Source: Piromyces finnis finn (taxonomy: Eukaryota > Fungi > Neocallimastigomycota). Taken from it: 64,000 bases of DNA. Positions 60,967 through 64,000 of the stretch are shown here, piece by piece. Every line of letters begins with the position of its first letter. Within the stretch, counting starts at the first letter, position 1. The notes beneath the pieces are model-generated. The model was not told where the DNA came from, did no database searches, and saw nothing but the letters and a program-made list of their open reading frames with translations. Location: positions 62,001-126,000 of the forward strand of contig MCFH01000073.1 in assembly GCA_002104945.1 (NCBI GenBank), written 5' to 3'. Position numbers and translations under genes: made by a program.

Positions 60967-62961
60967 AATGTTTCAATAATCTTAAATGACTAAAAAAATG
61001 TATATAATAAAAATAATAGCATCTAAATACTACTAAGCACTTTTTTTTTCTCTAATGTTAACTTTGAAAAGTAAAAAAAAAAAAAAAAAAAAAGAAATTT
61101 TAATATTTTATATATAAACTTTAAAATAATTTCATGTCACTAATAAATTAAATATAAAAAAAACGGCAGCTTTATTTATATTAAAAAAAAATATTTTTTA
61201 ATTTTATCTTTTTTTTTTTTTTTTTTTTGGAATTAATGATGGCCATATTAAAAAAATTGTGACATTTTTTTTAATAATAATGGTTAGGATTTTAATAGAT
61301 TAAGCTTGGTTTCCTTTTTTTATATTTATTAGAATTTATCAATTATATAATCAATATATTTTCAATTAAGAGTTCCAATAAATATGATTCAATTCTTTCA
61401 ATATATTATACATATAATTGAAATAACAATAGTTTGGTGTAACCAGTCATTGTGTAATATTAAAATATTAATTATTTTTTATTGAATTAATATAATTAAT
61501 ATATGAACAAAATGGGTAGAATAATAAAAAGAAAAATTAAATTTACTATTTTTAGATTTAAATAATAATTAATTTTTATAATATATTCAAATTGATTATA
61601 ATATAGGATGAATAGAAATGTTTTTATTAAAATTTTGTCGATGGTGTAACCTTAATAAATAAATAATATTAGAAATAAATTAAATAGAACATTTTTTTAA
61701 TTAAAAATATTTTTTTTTATAGAAAAAATAAATTTTTCATGCTTTTTTGTACACCTGTTCCATGATTCTTTTTTGGCTAAAATTTAACCAGGCAAAATTA
61801 AAAGAAAAGTAGGATTATTAAAGGCAACTTAAAAGAAACATTATTACTGCTTTTAAATTAAATAAAAAGAAAGTAGATATATAAGAAAAATATGATAAAA
61901 ATAAAAATATGTCTAAAATTACTTGCAATTATATGAATAATAATAGGATAATACTTAATACTTTCTTTATAAAAAAGTTTTAAATAGCATTAAATTAATT
62001 CATTTGATAATACTATGAAAATGTATGAGTATGAAACATTGTTTTATAATAATGATAAACTTTATAAAAAAATTTATATCCACTAGGATCATCATCTATT
62101 ATATTATTTGTATTGACGGTTAAACTTTAAAAATTTGTTGTTGTTGTTGTTGTTGTTGTTGGTAGGTTGAACATGTTCCTAATAATTAATATATTTCAAT
62201 ATGAATGTAATGGATGTAATAATGAGGATTATTTTGTCATTTATTAGTAATTACTATTTAATATTTAATTAATAGTACTATTTAAATATCTAATAATATT
62301 ATTATATGATATTTTAATAACATTTTTTTCTTTTAAAAAAAACATTTTTTTTAATAAATAATATTACCATTTAAAGAAATTAAATTAATTAATTGCGGTT
62401 AACTTTAAATTTCTTATTTTCTATTTCTATTAAAATATATTGAAATTCTACATATATTGAAATATATTCAATTATATATATTTGAATAAAATAATGCGGC
62501 TTAAAAAAACGGAATTTTTTATCAAAATATAATGAATTTTAAAGTGGACTTTTACAATAAATTTGATAGTAAGAAAAAGATTTAATTATTTTATTATAAA
62601 TAAGAACGTAATCCTACTACGCCAAATAAAATCATCTATCATAAAATAGAAAAAACTAATAATAATATAAATAACAAAAATTTTTATTAAAAGACTTTAA
62701 GATGAAATTTATAAAAGTCTTTATTAATGAAATCTCTAATAGGGATTGCGGATGAAATAAAATAATAATAATAATCCTAATGATGAAACATAATGAATGG
62801 AATGGTTTTATAATTAATAACATTTAATGGTTAATAATACTACAATAAAAAAAAAAAAAAGTAAACTCTTTCTAGTTAAAATACCATTCATAAAGTATTG
62901 TTAATATTAAAGGAAATATGATATATTAATAGTTTTTTGCTTTTTCATTATTATCAACTTT

Positions 62962-63029
62962 TATACACAATTGACATATATTTGGAAAAGATATATCAAT
63001 TGTGTATATATTTGGAAAAGATGTCAATT
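62962..63029. repeat. Overlapping inverted and direct repeat cluster
   Basis: 13-bp inverted repeat 62962-62974/62996-63008; 17-bp direct repeat 62976-62992/63006-63022; 9-bp inverted repeat 62969-62977/63021-63029. Confidence 0.8.
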
Positions 63030-64000
63030 TTCATTTTTATCCAAATTTATTAGTGGTTTGGCAAAAATTAAAGAAAATATTGTTATTATTACAAAATACT
63101 TTTATCTATATACATATTTTCTTTTGACTTCTTTAAATTAATGGTTTACTCTTTGCTTTTATAATGACTTTGAATTAATGATATTATTATCATAAAAGTT
63201 TTATTCGACCTTTTTTGATTTCAGTAGAAAAAAAAAATTATTTTTTATTATTAAACTGTATAGATTTATTATATTATCACATAAATATTATTATAATCAT
63301 ATATAAAACATATGATGCGTAATTTAATAAAAATTAAAAATGGATAGAGGGTTAAAGTACATACTAAAAACTATTTTTATTTCTTTATTCCTTCTGTTAT
63401 TTTTAACTGTGTAAAGTACATTATTGTTGAAATTTACATTTAGCATTGTGTTATTTCTATTATTACTATTTTTTAAATCTTGATAAATTTTCAAATTTAA
63501 ATTTCATCATTTTTTATCAAATTCAAATTGGATAAGCTTTTATTAATAAATTTTTTTTCCGTTTTTTTATAAAATGTAGATAATATGTATTGAAGAAAAA
63601 AAAAATAATAATAATAATACTGACATTATAATTAATAAACAAGAGCTTTAATATTTCTTTTTAAAACATCATCAGTATATATACTTTTCCTTTTATTAAT
63701 TTTAAATTTAAAAGTTACAAGTAAAATTTGCAAATAATTCTTGTCAGGAATTATTGAATTTCATATATTTTATATTGTTTTTATATAAATTTTCATGGGT
63801 CAAATCTCAACAATATTATATAGTATGTCATATTTAATTATTATATATATTTAGTTTTGTTTTTTCTGTTATCATAATTAATACTTTTAACTATTTTTTT
63901 ATTTATAATTATAGGTTTAATTGGACTTTTTTATTTTATTGTCTTTAAACATCAGCACTTTATTGTCAATAGTTTTAAATTTTGAATATTCATTAAACAT

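Noticed and set aside
60152-64000. Possible coding or TE remnants in the last 3.8 kb
   Set aside because: No ORF of 60 aa or more and no recognisable motif on either strand.

Overview
Extremely AT-rich, intron-dense eukaryotic genomic DNA. The composition, short GT-AG introns and a flagellar gene (ARMC3) point to an anaerobic gut fungus (Neocallimastigomycota); this is inferred, not database-confirmed. Gene order: 3' end of Arp9 (+), Rictor/Avo3 (-), a GM130/golgin-45-like golgin (-), the minor-spliceosome protein RNPC3/U11-U12-65K (+), ARMC3 (+), eIF2B-delta (+), GFA1 (+), a large TM-ARM-SPRY-SPRY-acidic-tail gene (-), RPN12 (+), an APE-RT non-LTR retrotransposon (+), two convergent intronless paralogues encoding 108-aa secreted Cys-rich SH3b-like peptides, and an I-BAR/IMD-like to SH3 gene (-). 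The top leads are (1) 124-bp tandem, highly base-paired repeats upstream of the LINE ORF, a candidate structured RNA or ribozyme that I cannot assign to a known class; (2) the diverging secreted SH3b-like peptide pair, candidate antibacterial effectors; and (3) a fungal golgin combining GM130 and golgin-45 terminal motifs whose reading frame needs a 7-nt microexon. Exon structures were worked out by hand. No rRNA, tRNA or CRISPR was detected.
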